From assembly GCA_964291415.2 (NCBI GenBank), contig OZ219919.1, forward strand, positions 32,001-96,000: a stretch of DNA of 64,000 nt, written 5' to 3'. This document shows, one piece after another, positions 1 to 9,838 of this stretch (positions are counted from its first letter, which is position 1; every line of letters begins with the position of its first letter). The notes below the pieces were generated by a model. It did no database searches and was not told the origin of the DNA. It was given only the letters and a program-made list of their open reading frames with translations. The position numbers and the translations under genes are program-made. Origin of the DNA: Alphaproteobacteria bacterium. GTDB lineage: Bacteria > Pseudomonadota > Alphaproteobacteria > SP197.

Positions 1-457
1 CTTTGTCTACATGAGCCATTGCGACGGTTGCGGACATTGCGTCGATATCTGTCCGTCCGACATCATGCACATCGACACGACCTATCGCCGCGCCTTCAAC
101 ATCGAGCCGAACATGTGCTGGGAGTGCTATTCATGCGTGAAGGCGTGTCCGCAGAACGCCATCGACGTGCGTGGATATGCGGACTTTGCACCGCTCGGTC
201 ACAGCGTGCGGGTGCGCCGCGAAGAAGACAAGGGCACCGTTTCCTGGAAGGTCAAGTTCAGAAACGGCGAAGAGAAGAACTTCGTCTCGCCCATTCGCAC
301 CACGAAATGGGGATCGATCAAGTCGTCCGCCGAGTACGACAGGCCGGAGGCCTCCCGTTTCAGGTCCCAGGAACTCGCCCACGAACCCGACCTCCTCAAC
401 ATTGACGGCGGGCTGCCGGTTCTGGATCCCGAACGCCTCAAGCAGGGAGCGGCCTGA
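1..457 (+). CDS. aprB: Adenylylsulfate reductase beta subunit, 5'-truncated by the window edge
   Basis: Two 4Fe-4S motifs (CDGCGHCVDICP, CWECYSCVKACP) and the DVRGYADFAPLG signature; the frame is open from nt 2 (FVYM...); the stop overlaps the aprA start (TGATG). Confidence 0.95.
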   Translation, partial: FVYMSHCDGCGHCVDICPSDIMHIDTTYRRAFNIEPNMCWECYSCVKACPQNAIDVRGYADFAPLGHSVRVRREEDKGTVSWKVKFRNGEEKNFVSPIRTTKWGSIKSSAEYDRPEASRFRSQELAHEPDLLNIDGGLPVLDPERLKQGAA

Positions 458-2298
458 TGGGCCTCTTCAAGCGCAGAAAGACAATCCAGGTCGCTTGCGA
501 CATTCTCGTCGTCGGCGGCGGCATGGCCGGATGCGGTGCTGTCTACGAAGCCCGCTACTGGGGGCGTGATCTCAAGGTCGTTTGCGTCGAGAAGGCCAAC
601 ATCGAGCGCAGCGGCGCTGTCGCACAGGGTCTTTACGCCATCAACTGCTACATGGGTATGCAGTGGGGCGAGAATCAGCCTGAGGACTTTGTCCGCTATG
701 CGAGCAATGACCTGATGGGACTGGTTCGCGAGGATCTGGCCTACGATATCGGCCGGCACGTGGATTCAACCGTCCACATGTTCGAGGACTGGGGTCTTCC
801 CATCATGCGGGACCCGGAGACCGGCCGCTATCAGCGCGAGGGCAAGTGGCAGATCATGATCCACGGCGAAAGCTACAAGCCCATCGTCGCCGAGGCCGCC
901 CGAAAGGCCGCGACCGAGGTCTACAACCGGATCATGGTGACCCATCTTCTCGTCGACAAGCGGGATCCCAACCGGGCCGCGGGCGCCGTGGGTTTCAATG
1001 TCCGCACGGGCGACTTCTACGTCTTCAGGGCGAAGGCCGTGATCATTGCAGCGGGGGGCGCTTCGCACATCTTCAAGCCGCGAGCCGTCGGCGAAGGAAT
1101 GGGCAGGACATGGTATGCGCCCTGGAGCAGTGCATCGGCCTACGGCCTGCCCATTCAGATCGGTACCAAGATGACGCAGATGGAGAACCGGATCGTCCTG
1201 ACCCGGTTCAAGGACGGCTACGGCCCCGTCGGCGCCTATTTCCTGCACCTCAAGACCTACACGCAGAACGCCTACGGCGAAGAGTATGAATCCAGATGGT
1301 ACGACGACACCAGGAAACTGGTCGGTGACTATGTCGACCGTCACCCGGTCCCGACGTGCCTGCGCAATCATGCCCTGCTGAAGGAACTCGCCCATGGTGG
1401 AGGACCGATCCGCATGGTGACCACGGAAGCCTTTCAGGATCCGCACAAGGAGACGGTGGGCTGGGAGAACTTCCTGGGCATGACCATTGGCCAGGCCGTG
1501 GTCTGGGCATCGCAGAACATCGATCCCAAACACACCAACCCGGAGCTGACGACGTCGGAACCCTATGTCATGGGCTCTCACGCCACCTGTTCAGGCGCCT
1601 GGGCAAGCGGTCCGGAAGACTATGCGCCGGGCGAGTACCGGTGGGGCTACAACCGCATGACGACCACCAGTGGCCTGTTCGGCGCCGGCGACGCCAGCGG
1701 CGGCACCCCGCACAAGTTCTCGTCGGGGTCGTTCACGGAAGGCCGGATCGCCGCCAAGGCCGCGGTGAACTACATCATCGATGTCGGCGAGGAACCCCTG
1801 GTCGACGAGGCGGAAATCGGTCGCCTCAAGACGGAGATCTTCCAGCCGCTCGAAAACTACGATATCGGGCGCAACGAGATCGTGGCCGGAACGGTTTCGC
1901 CGAGCTACATCCTGCCTCTGCACGCCCTGCAGCGCCTCGAAAAGCTCATGGATGAGTATTGCGGCGGCATCACGGTCAACTACATGACCAACGAACCGCT
2001 GCTCAGTCGCGGCCTGGAACTGATGGAGATGCTGAAGGACGATGCCCGCCACATCGGCGCCGAGGATCTTCACCAGCTGCAGCGGACATGGGAGTTCCGG
2101 CACCGGCTCCTGGCGTCGGAAAGCGTCATGCAGCACACGCTCTTCCGCAAGGAGACACGCTGGCCCGGGTACTACTACCGGGGCGACCACATGATGCTCG
2201 ACGACGACAACTGGCACTGTTTCACGCTGTCCCGCTACGACGCCGAGACGGACACCTGGTCCATGGAAAAGGCGCCGGTCTACCACATCGTCGATTGA
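457..2298 (+). CDS. aprA: Adenylylsulfate reductase alpha subunit (flavoprotein)
   Basis: GGGMAGCG FAD motif, RSGAVAQGLYAINCY, WQIMIHGESYK, HKFSSGSFTEGRIAAK, ETRWPGYYYR. Confidence 0.97.
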   Translation: MGLFKRRKTIQVACDILVVGGGMAGCGAVYEARYWGRDLKVVCVEKANIERSGAVAQGLYAINCYMGMQWGENQPEDFVRYASNDLMGLVREDLAYDIGRHVDSTVHMFEDWGLPIMRDPETGRYQREGKWQIMIHGESYKPIVAEAARKAATEVYNRIMVTHLLVDKRDPNRAAGAVGFNVRTGDFYVFRAKAVIIAAGGASHIFKPRAVGEGMGRTWYAPWSSASAYGLPIQIGTKMTQMENRIVLTRFKDGYGPVGAYFLHLKTYTQNAYGEEYESRWYDDTRKLVGDYVDRHPVPTCLRNHALLKELAHGGGPIRMVTTEAFQDPHKETVGWENFLGMTIGQAVVWASQNIDPKHTNPELTTSEPYVMGSHATCSGAWASGPEDYAPGEYRWGYNRMTTTSGLFGAGDASGGTPHKFSSGSFTEGRIAAKAAVNYIIDVGEEPLVDEAEIGRLKTEIFQPLENYDIGRNEIVAGTVSPSYILPLHALQRLEKLMDEYCGGITVNYMTNEPLLSRGLELMEMLKDDARHIGAEDLHQLQRTWEFRHRLLASESVMQHTLFRKETRWPGYYYRGDHMMLDDDNWHCFTLSRYDAETDTWSMEKAPVYHIVD

Positions 2299-2409
2299 TC
2301 CCCAATCTTCGGATCGGTGACGCAACCGGCGGCCTGGCTGCATCGGCCCGTCAGGCGCAGGAACCGTTACGCCGAGGCAATCTTGACTGCAACAAGGCGA
2401 CCGGAGTGG

Positions 2410-3948
2410 TCAGGCTCTCCGGGCAAAGGAGCGCAGGGCGTCGAGCCTGGTCTGATCGACAATCACGCGCGGCACCTTGTGCTGGCCGCCAAGCTTGCCC
2501 TGAGCCGCCATCCAGGCGGCAAATCCTCCGGGCGGCATGACCTCGACGCGTGGAGGGTCCATGCCCCAGCCGCCGGCACGGTGAGCTTCATAGTCCGCGT
2601 TGACGGATTGCAGGGTGCGGTCGAGCGAGACAGCGAATGAGTCCAGGAGCCGCTCGTCGATGTCGGATGAGGAAAACTCGATGACGTAAAGGTGGCCGCC
2701 CCGTTCGCCGGGACGCGAGGAAAAGATGCTGCCGACGGCGAAGTCGCTGATCGTGGCGCCGATGGCCCGCGCCGCGCCGGAAACCGCCTCTTCGAGTTCG
2801 GCGACGATCACGTGTTCGCCGAAGGCGGACAACATGTGGGCGGTGCGTCCGGTAAAGAGAATGCGTGGCGGATCGAGCGTGGTGAAGGTGACGGTGTCCC
2901 CGACGAGATAGCGCCACAGACCGGCTGCCGTGCTCACCACGAGAGCGTAGTTGACACCCTCCTCGACATCCCCGATCCAGCGGCACGCCTCCGTTCTGAC
3001 CCGCTGGCCGTCGACCGGGGCGAACTCGAAGAACATCGCGTTGTCGAGCTGCAGGCGCAGGCCGTCGTCCGCGCCCCCGTCCGCCATGGCGAAGAAACCC
3101 TCGCTGGCGGCGTAGACCTCTCGGGTTTCCGCATGGCTGCCCTCGAGGAGGGCAGCGAACCGCTCGCGGTAGGGCGCCCAGGAGACGCCGCCATGGACCA
3201 GCAGTTCGAGCCCGGGATAGACCGAGGCGATGCGCCCGTCTGCGGCGTCCGCGATCTCCAGGAGATGATCGAAATAGATCAGCAGCCAGCTCGGCACCCC
3301 GCAGACGGCATGGATGGTCTGATCAAGCGAAGCCCTGGCGAACCGGTTGATCTTGTCGTTCCAGTCGCTGATGGCTTCGAGGTGCCGGGGTGGAAAGCTC
3401 CGCAAGCGGGCCCAACGCGGCATCACGGAGGCCGTGATCCCGCTCAGATCGCCGCTCGTCACACCAGGAGCACGCTGCTCGAGTCCGGTCGATCCTCCGA
3501 GAATGAAGACGCGACCGGCCAGAATTCTGCTTCGCGGCCTGTTGATCGCATGCCAGACGAGGAGATCCCCGGCCGCGCGGCGGTTCGAGCGGTTCATCTC
3601 CCGGGTGAAGGGAATGAAGCGGGTGGTGCCCCGGGTCGTGCCCGACGTTTCGGCAAACCAGGGAACAAGGCCAGGCCAGGTGCAATTCACGAGACGCGGG
3701 AAATCACGGCTCCAGTAATCGTCCCAGAACTCGTCGTGGCTGCGCACAGGCACGCGGGCGCGGTAGTCATCGATGGTGCGGACCCCGGCGAGGTCATGGT
3801 CGCGCGCAAAGCGGGTTGCTGCCGCCTTCCTGATGAGGGAGAGAAGAACGCCGGTCTGGAGGCGCTGCGCATCGCCGGTCCCGAGACGGAGCAATCTCCG
3901 GCGTGCATGGGCACGCAGCATCCACGTCGCGTCAAGCATGTCCGCCAT
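2410..3948 (-). CDS. GH3 family acyl-acid amido synthetase-like protein
   Basis: TSGTT, YAASEGFF, GLWRYLVGD and GGQHKVPR motifs typical of bacterial GH3 proteins. Confidence 0.9.
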   Translation of the reverse strand: MADMLDATWMLRAHARRRLLRLGTGDAQRLQTGVLLSLIRKAAATRFARDHDLAGVRTIDDYRARVPVRSHDEFWDDYWSRDFPRLVNCTWPGLVPWFAETSGTTRGTTRFIPFTREMNRSNRRAAGDLLVWHAINRPRSRILAGRVFILGGSTGLEQRAPGVTSGDLSGITASVMPRWARLRSFPPRHLEAISDWNDKINRFARASLDQTIHAVCGVPSWLLIYFDHLLEIADAADGRIASVYPGLELLVHGGVSWAPYRERFAALLEGSHAETREVYAASEGFFAMADGGADDGLRLQLDNAMFFEFAPVDGQRVRTEACRWIGDVEEGVNYALVVSTAAGLWRYLVGDTVTFTTLDPPRILFTGRTAHMLSAFGEHVIVAELEEAVSGAARAIGATISDFAVGSIFSSRPGERGGHLYVIEFSSSDIDERLLDSFAVSLDRTLQSVNADYEAHRAGGWGMDPPRVEVMPPGGFAAWMAAQGKLGGQHKVPRVIVDQTRLDALRSFARRA

Positions 3949-3957
3949 GGCGCATCG

Positions 3958-6207
3958 TCAGTGACCGATGACCGTCACATGGGGGAACGACGCCCGTACA
4001 CCTTCCGGAGTGAGTGGCACCCGCACATACCCTCCCGACTGCCAAAGAGGCCACTGGTCGAGCATGGTCGAACTGTTGAGCCAGCCGTCCTGCCCGCCCA
4101 GCAGCACGAAGTAGTTCTCATCCATGTTCGTCATGTCGGAAACATGGCGGGCATTGGCGCCGTAACGCACCGTGTGGCGCGTGGCGCTGGCATCGTGAGC
4201 CGTCTTCATGATGGTTTCGGAACTGCCGCCCACGCCGTGGTCACCGAAACGGTAGCGGTCGCCGATGACGGGAAGCATGGAGAGGGGATGGGCGAGGGAA
4301 AGGCGATGCATGTCTGACCAGTCGGTGAACCGATCGAGTCCTTCTCCGGCCGCCTCGAGACCGGCCGCCAGGGCAGCATCATGCACCTCCCGGGACGCCT
4401 GCTCCATGTCGCGGACCAGCACTCCCCGGCGCGCCATGACAGCGCCGTGCTCCTCTCCAAGGAGCCGGTCGTAGAACGCCTGGACAAAGCCGGCGCGAAA
4501 CTGCTCGAAGCTGACGGCGCCGACGGAACCGGCGCGATAGTGACCGTCCCAGTCCCGGATGCGGGCGATCGCTTCGGCCGCTTCGGGCCCGGCCGACGAG
4601 GCCAGCCCCGCAGCGTCGAGGCCTTCGATGAAGGCGTCGCGCAGCTTCGCCGACGACGGCATGTAGACGTCCTGCTGGATTGCCTTCACGGCGTCGACAT
4701 CAAGCCGGTCACCGCCGCCGGCGAGGCTGGCGAGACGCGATACCCTGTCGTCGGAAGAAAAGAAGTAACCGACCGGCGTGGCCGTCCGGGTCGGCTTGTT
4801 GTTGGCCGACACCAGGTATGCCTGCCGGGGATTGTAGCTCCAGGGAAAATCCCCGGACGACCGCATCGTGGCCCAGGCTCTCCTCACCTCTGCGGCATCG
4901 GCGACGAGATCAGTCGGGGTTCCGGGCCTCTGCGGCAGGGTGACAGCCATGACCTGGCCGATATTGCCGTCGCGGTCGGCGTAGATCATGTTCTGTCCGG
5001 GTACCGCAAATGTATCGAATGCGGCACGGAACCCGTTGAAATCCCGGGCCCGGCTGACCGCCAGCATGGCGCCGATTTCATCGCTCGTGTCATGACCGGT
5101 CCACCGGAGTGCGAGATCGGGAAGATCATGGTCGGCCAGGAAGGGTGCATCGCTGATCACCGGACCCAGCGGCGTCTGCCTGATGGTGATGGTCGAATCG
5201 AACCACCAGCGCACGGAAATCGTCTCGTCGCGTGACTCGATGACATCGGGATCGATGTTGCTGACATCAACGAGATCACTGGAGGCGGCCCGCATGTTGG
5301 TGCCGCCCCAGGCGATCGACGGATTGCGGCCGATGGCGAAGACCGGCAATCCCGGACCCATCAGACCGACCACGTGATAGGAAGGCGACTTCAGGCCAGC
5401 GACCAGCCACACGTTGGGAACGAGGATCCCGAGGTGCGGGTCGTTGGCGATGATGGCGCCCCCGGTGGTCGTGCGGTCCGGCCCGATCGCCATGCTGTTG
5501 GAACCCGTCCGGCCGATGCCCGCCAGGAGTCCGTTCACGTCGTCGCTCGCGAAACTCGGCAGAGACGCGCTCCCGCTCTCCACCAGGTGCGCCCACAGCT
5601 GCGGCCAGTCCGGACGCTGTCTCAAGGGCAGCAGCCCGCTCCATATCAGCCAGTTCACATCCGTGCCCACCAGCCGCCCGATGGTGAGGACATCGGTGAC
5701 GGTCCACGGTTCACGGTCCATGCCGAGAACCCTGAACTCCTGCGGCAGATCGTCGAGTGTTGCCTGATAGTGGTTGATTCCGTCGACAAATCGCTGTGTC
5801 CAGCGCCGCGCACCGTCATCCATCGCCGCCTCGATGTTCCGGGCAGCGTGCCCGAAGGAAAGAATGCGCAGGCCGTGGTCGATGTCGCTGGCAAGGGGAC
5901 CTGCCACCTCGGCGAGGCGGCCACGGGCCGCCATGCGCACCAGGCTCATCTGGGCAAGGCGCAGATGAGCATGGACCATGCCCAGCGCAAAGGCTGCATC
6001 ATCGTCGCTCGCCGCCTCGATGAACGGAATCTGGTGATCGTTCCAGTAGATCGTCACCGGGCCGTCGAGGCCCACTCCGTGGTCGGGAAAGACGGCCAGA
6101 CGGTGCGCCAGTCCGCGGGGTTCGGGAAGCGGCGCCAGCAGGGAACACGCGGCCAGCAGGCCACCGGCGAGGACAAGGCCGGCGGTACGCCCCAGCATGT
6201 CGGTCAT
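3958..6207 (-). CDS. Penicillin acylase family (Ntn-hydrolase) lipoprotein
   Basis: GSNSMAIG nucleophile site, ANDPHL, QNMIYADRDGNIG, SANNK; lipobox LLAAC; start chosen at MTDMLG (6207). Confidence 0.9.
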   Translation of the reverse strand: MTDMLGRTAGLVLAGGLLAACSLLAPLPEPRGLAHRLAVFPDHGVGLDGPVTIYWNDHQIPFIEAASDDDAAFALGMVHAHLRLAQMSLVRMAARGRLAEVAGPLASDIDHGLRILSFGHAARNIEAAMDDGARRWTQRFVDGINHYQATLDDLPQEFRVLGMDREPWTVTDVLTIGRLVGTDVNWLIWSGLLPLRQRPDWPQLWAHLVESGSASLPSFASDDVNGLLAGIGRTGSNSMAIGPDRTTTGGAIIANDPHLGILVPNVWLVAGLKSPSYHVVGLMGPGLPVFAIGRNPSIAWGGTNMRAASSDLVDVSNIDPDVIESRDETISVRWWFDSTITIRQTPLGPVISDAPFLADHDLPDLALRWTGHDTSDEIGAMLAVSRARDFNGFRAAFDTFAVPGQNMIYADRDGNIGQVMAVTLPQRPGTPTDLVADAAEVRRAWATMRSSGDFPWSYNPRQAYLVSANNKPTRTATPVGYFFSSDDRVSRLASLAGGGDRLDVDAVKAIQQDVYMPSSAKLRDAFIEGLDAAGLASSAGPEAAEAIARIRDWDGHYRAGSVGAVSFEQFRAGFVQAFYDRLLGEEHGAVMARRGVLVRDMEQASREVHDAALAAGLEAAGEGLDRFTDWSDMHRLSLAHPLSMLPVIGDRYRFGDHGVGGSSETIMKTAHDASATRHTVRYGANARHVSDMTNMDENYFVLLGGQDGWLNSSTMLDQWPLWQSGGYVRVPLTPEGVRASFPHVTVIGH

Positions 6208-6345
6208 GGGTCGGAATCCTTCATCGGCGGCGGGGCCTACCATGGGCGCCGACGATGTCCGGATTGTTGCGCGCGTGCAAAGATGTTCTGCCGGACAAGA
6301 ATCGCCGTGCGCATCCGTGAACCGGAAGGCGTCCGGTGTCCCCTC

Positions 6346-7848
6346 TCATGGACGGCGGTGCTCCGGACCGCCCGGTCCCAGCCTGACACCGTCGCGCAGG
6401 AAGCGATACCCGAGCTGGTCCAGACGGCACGGGTGTTCGCCCGGCGATTCGACGAGGAGGGTCCTCGTGGCGATCGGATCGTAGTCGGCCCGAAAGTGCA
6501 CCGTGCTCTTGACCACGAGGATGTGCTGGTCCGTCGGCTCGACACCGATATGGCGGAAACACGCCTGGTCGAGATTCTGGAAGCGGACACTCGAGACAAT
6601 CGCCTTGACGTCGCAGTCGGCATCGGCGACCGACAGCAGGGCCAGCGGACCGAGATTGGTGACGACGCCGCGGTACATCTCGCCTTGGCACTCGAAGATC
6701 CCGTTGCCGAGACGCTCAACCCGGAAACGGCCGCGAAAGGGGGCCTGGCCCGGTCTGCCGGACTTGCCGCCTAGAGGCGCATCGAATGTGCTCCCCTCTC
6801 CCTGGGCATGGGCCTCCCGCGCGACCCCGGGGTCCCACAGCAGAGCAAGAGCGGCGCCGGTGGCGTGGTGGCGCACCAGGGCCTCGAGAATCCCCACCGT
6901 GTCGGAGGTGCCTCCCGCGCCGGGATTGTCCTGGGCATCGGCAAGGATCACCGGACCGGCCGGCTCGGCCATGGCGATTCTCACCGCTTCATCGGCGTCA
7001 AGCAGCGCATTGTCGAAGACCTCCTCGGCGGCGATGAAACCTCTCATGATCTCGTGAGCGGCCTCACGGGCACGGTGAGGATCGGCATCGTAGGCAATTG
7101 CCGCCGGTCCGCATTCGGCGATGTCGGCGGGCGGAAATCCAAGCGCCAGGTCCGCGCTCGTGACACCGGCATGCTCGCGCCGCCTGATGTCGTCGTAGAA
7201 TCCGCTGTTGGGCGGTGCGCCGGTCCACTGGGCGGAGAGCGGCACCAGGAACGGTGATCTGGCGAATCCCTTCGCCAGGGGCTCGCCCGCAAGCAGGCGC
7301 ATCATGAGGCGATAGCAACGGCGTCCGGTGTCGTCCATGTCGATGTGCGGATAGGTCCGGTAGATCGTCATGGCCGAGGACATCGCCACCATGCGTTCCG
7401 TGATGTTCGCATGGAGGTCGAGGCTGTTGACGACGGGAATGGAGTGTCCGACGACGCTGCGGACACGTTCCAGGGTTTCGCCCTCGCCGTCCTCGCAGTG
7501 TTCGGTGACCATGGCTCCATGGAGATCGAGGAAGACGGCATCAAACGGGCCGAGCCGCGCCAGGTCGTCGGTCATCATGCCGACAATCCTCTCGAAGGCG
7601 TCTTCCGTGACATGGGACGACGGCTCGGCGGAGGCCCACAGAAGCGGCACGAGTTCGTGGCCGTCATCGGTTGCCTGACGAATGAACGATTCCAGGGCGA
7701 GGTTGAGACCGGCAACGGCGTCGAAGAGTTCCGGACCACGTGTCAGGCCTGGCCAGGCATCATGGAGTTCGAAGTCACAGAAGTCCGCGTTGGTCGACGC
7801 GAAGGTGTTCGTCTCGTGCTGAAATCCACCCACCGCGATACGTGCCAT
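6346..7848 (-). CDS. M81 family metallopeptidase (MlrC-like)
   Basis: HETNTF, LDLHGAM, DLHAN, RTYPHID, DNPGAGG, VVKSTVHFRAD. Confidence 0.92.
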   Translation of the reverse strand: MARIAVGGFQHETNTFASTNADFCDFELHDAWPGLTRGPELFDAVAGLNLALESFIRQATDDGHELVPLLWASAEPSSHVTEDAFERIVGMMTDDLARLGPFDAVFLDLHGAMVTEHCEDGEGETLERVRSVVGHSIPVVNSLDLHANITERMVAMSSAMTIYRTYPHIDMDDTGRRCYRLMMRLLAGEPLAKGFARSPFLVPLSAQWTGAPPNSGFYDDIRRREHAGVTSADLALGFPPADIAECGPAAIAYDADPHRAREAAHEIMRGFIAAEEVFDNALLDADEAVRIAMAEPAGPVILADAQDNPGAGGTSDTVGILEALVRHHATGAALALLWDPGVAREAHAQGEGSTFDAPLGGKSGRPGQAPFRGRFRVERLGNGIFECQGEMYRGVVTNLGPLALLSVADADCDVKAIVSSVRFQNLDQACFRHIGVEPTDQHILVVKSTVHFRADYDPIATRTLLVESPGEHPCRLDQLGYRFLRDGVRLGPGGPEHRRP

Positions 7849-8125
7849 GATGCACCCTCCTGACCCCGGGCCGGCGCGATTCTGTCACGCTGTCCTGAAC
7901 CGGCGCAACCGCGGCACACTCTCCGAAGTCGGGTCGTCGTGACCGTCTGGGCGCGTCAACCCGGGGCACGGCCCGCCAGGTTGCTGCCCGGTTCGCGGAT
8001 CAAGACGTCGATCGGCAAATCAACCTGTTGAAAAGGCGGGTGTCGGGCGGATCAAGACAACACCGGGCCTCCGGCGCGCCCGACCCTTGAAGGGAGCGCC
8101 GCGATCAGGGGCAGGACCGCGGCAA

Positions 8126-8443
8126 TCAGGCCGTCGTGGAGATCGTGCCAGCTTCGTTGTCGACGATCACCGGCGATTCGAAGTACTCGATCGAAGGTTC
8201 GACGCCCAGTCGCTCGCGGATACCGGCCCGCCAGGCCGCATCGTAGAGGCGTTCGGCATCCTCACGCGTATTGAACAAGTACACACCGCCGCCGGTCCGG
8301 CCATCCTCGGACAGGAGATAGTACTTTCGGATCAGACCCTCGACGCCCCGGTAAAGCGGCGCGGAGGCTTCGAATGCGGACCTCACCGCCTCGCGCGCCC
8401 TGTCTTCTGGCAATTCGAAACGAACGATTGCGGTTACCGCCAT
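8126..8443 (-). CDS. YdhR-like putative monooxygenase (dimeric alpha-beta barrel)
   Basis: GLIRKYYL...GGVYLF...FESPVIVDN; GAGGAGG RBS upstream. Confidence 0.75.
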   Translation of the reverse strand: MAVTAIVRFELPEDRAREAVRSAFEASAPLYRGVEGLIRKYYLLSEDGRTGGGVYLFNTREDAERLYDAAWRAGIRERLGVEPSIEYFESPVIVDNEAGTISTTA

Positions 8444-8550
8444 GGTTCAGCCTCCTCGGTTCATCATTCCGGGCCCGGTCCACAAGGGAGCCACCTGTCC
8501 CCGGCTACCGGCGGAGCCAGACCTCCGGGGACACGGCCTCGGCCATCGCC

Positions 8551-9144
8551 TCAGGTCACGATCTCGAAGTGGGCCTCGGTCGGCTGCCGGTTCAGCCCGT
8601 TGACCGGAAGCACGTCCTGAGGGCAGGCCGACATGGCCACCACGCAATCCATGAGGGCGCGCAGCACGACATGGTCGCCGGGGGCCGACAGCGGCGTCTC
8701 GAATGCGAGCCCGCCGTCGTCATGCCAGGGGATGTTCATGAAGAGATTGAGCGGCGACGGCGTGTGTGTCTCGCGCAATCCGAGTTCGCTCATCGCCTGC
8801 GAGAGATTGTCGGCACAGTTGTCGTGGTATTCCCTGATACCCAGCAGCTCGTAACGCCAGCGGTCGCAGGCAGCCATCAGGGTGTCGTGGCGGCCAGGCG
8901 ACGTGTCCGCTTCGAGCACGAGAATCGGGCGCCGGAGGTTGGTGACAAGATGGTCGCCAACACATGGGGTGAGGCGCTGGTTGAAGACGCGGGTGGCGTC
9001 CATCGCCATGTACTCCGAAACATCGTCACCGTTGAACGCCCAGGTGTCGACAACCTGCGAACCATGGGTGTTGATGATGCGGATCGCTGCGCCGCGTGCC
9101 ACGCGCACGGCCTTGCCGCCACGCGCCGGGATGGTTGATGACAT
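8551..9144 (-). CDS. Urea carboxylase-associated family protein (DUF1989)
   Basis: GSQVVDTWAF, GRHDTLMAAC, HDNCADN, PLNLFMN, SACPQD. Confidence 0.9.
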   Translation of the reverse strand: MSSTIPARGGKAVRVARGAAIRIINTHGSQVVDTWAFNGDDVSEYMAMDATRVFNQRLTPCVGDHLVTNLRRPILVLEADTSPGRHDTLMAACDRWRYELLGIREYHDNCADNLSQAMSELGLRETHTPSPLNLFMNIPWHDDGGLAFETPLSAPGDHVVLRALMDCVVAMSACPQDVLPVNGLNRQPTEAHFEIVT

Positions 9145-9232
9145 GACTCTCTCTCGCGGATTTCAGGCCGGTTGCACGATATCTTCGGTTGTCCGACGAT
9201 CCTGCGCAAGCGGCCGGACGGATCGAGGCACC

Positions 9233-9838
9233 ATGATTATCGCCACCCGGGCAGATCTCGAGGAGGGCATCGGGGCGCTCATCCGTCTCGAATCGCGGTT
9301 CGGACCGGTTGTGGAGGGACTCGAGGCCATTCCGCTCAGGATCGAGCCGGCGGGCCTGGCATCGCTGCTCGCCATCATCACCGAGCAGTCGGTGTCTCTC
9401 AAGGCCGCCGCCAGCATCCGCAAACGCCTTGACGCGGCATTCGATTCCGGCGACGCGGATGCCGTCCTCGGGGTTCCGGTGGAACGCCTGCGGGCGCTCG
9501 GACTCACCCGCTCCAAGGGCCGTGCCTTCCATGCCGCAGCGCGGGCAGCGCGCGACGGTCTGCTGGAGTCCCTCGCGACTCTGGGAGATGACGACGCGAA
9601 CAAGGCACTCACCGCACTTCACGGCATTGGAGAGTGGACCGCCCAGACCTATCTCTTGTCGTGCCTCGGGCGATCCGATGTCTGGCCTGCGGGTGACGTG
9701 GCATTGCAGACGGCCACCGCCGCTCTGTTCTCCATCGATCCGCGTCCCGATGCGCGGCAGATGGTGGCTCTCGCCGAGCCGTGGCGGCCCTGGCGCGCCG
9801 TGGCCGCGCGCATCTTGTGGACCTGGTATCGGTCCTGA
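9233..9838 (+). CDS. DNA-3-methyladenine glycosylase II family (AlkA-like HhH-GPD)
   Basis: LHGIGEWTA HhH motif, DVWPAGDVAL, WRPWRAVAARILW; start at MIIATR. Confidence 0.88.
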   Translation: MIIATRADLEEGIGALIRLESRFGPVVEGLEAIPLRIEPAGLASLLAIITEQSVSLKAAASIRKRLDAAFDSGDADAVLGVPVERLRALGLTRSKGRAFHAAARAARDGLLESLATLGDDDANKALTALHGIGEWTAQTYLLSCLGRSDVWPAGDVALQTATAALFSIDPRPDARQMVALAEPWRPWRAVAARILWTWYRS

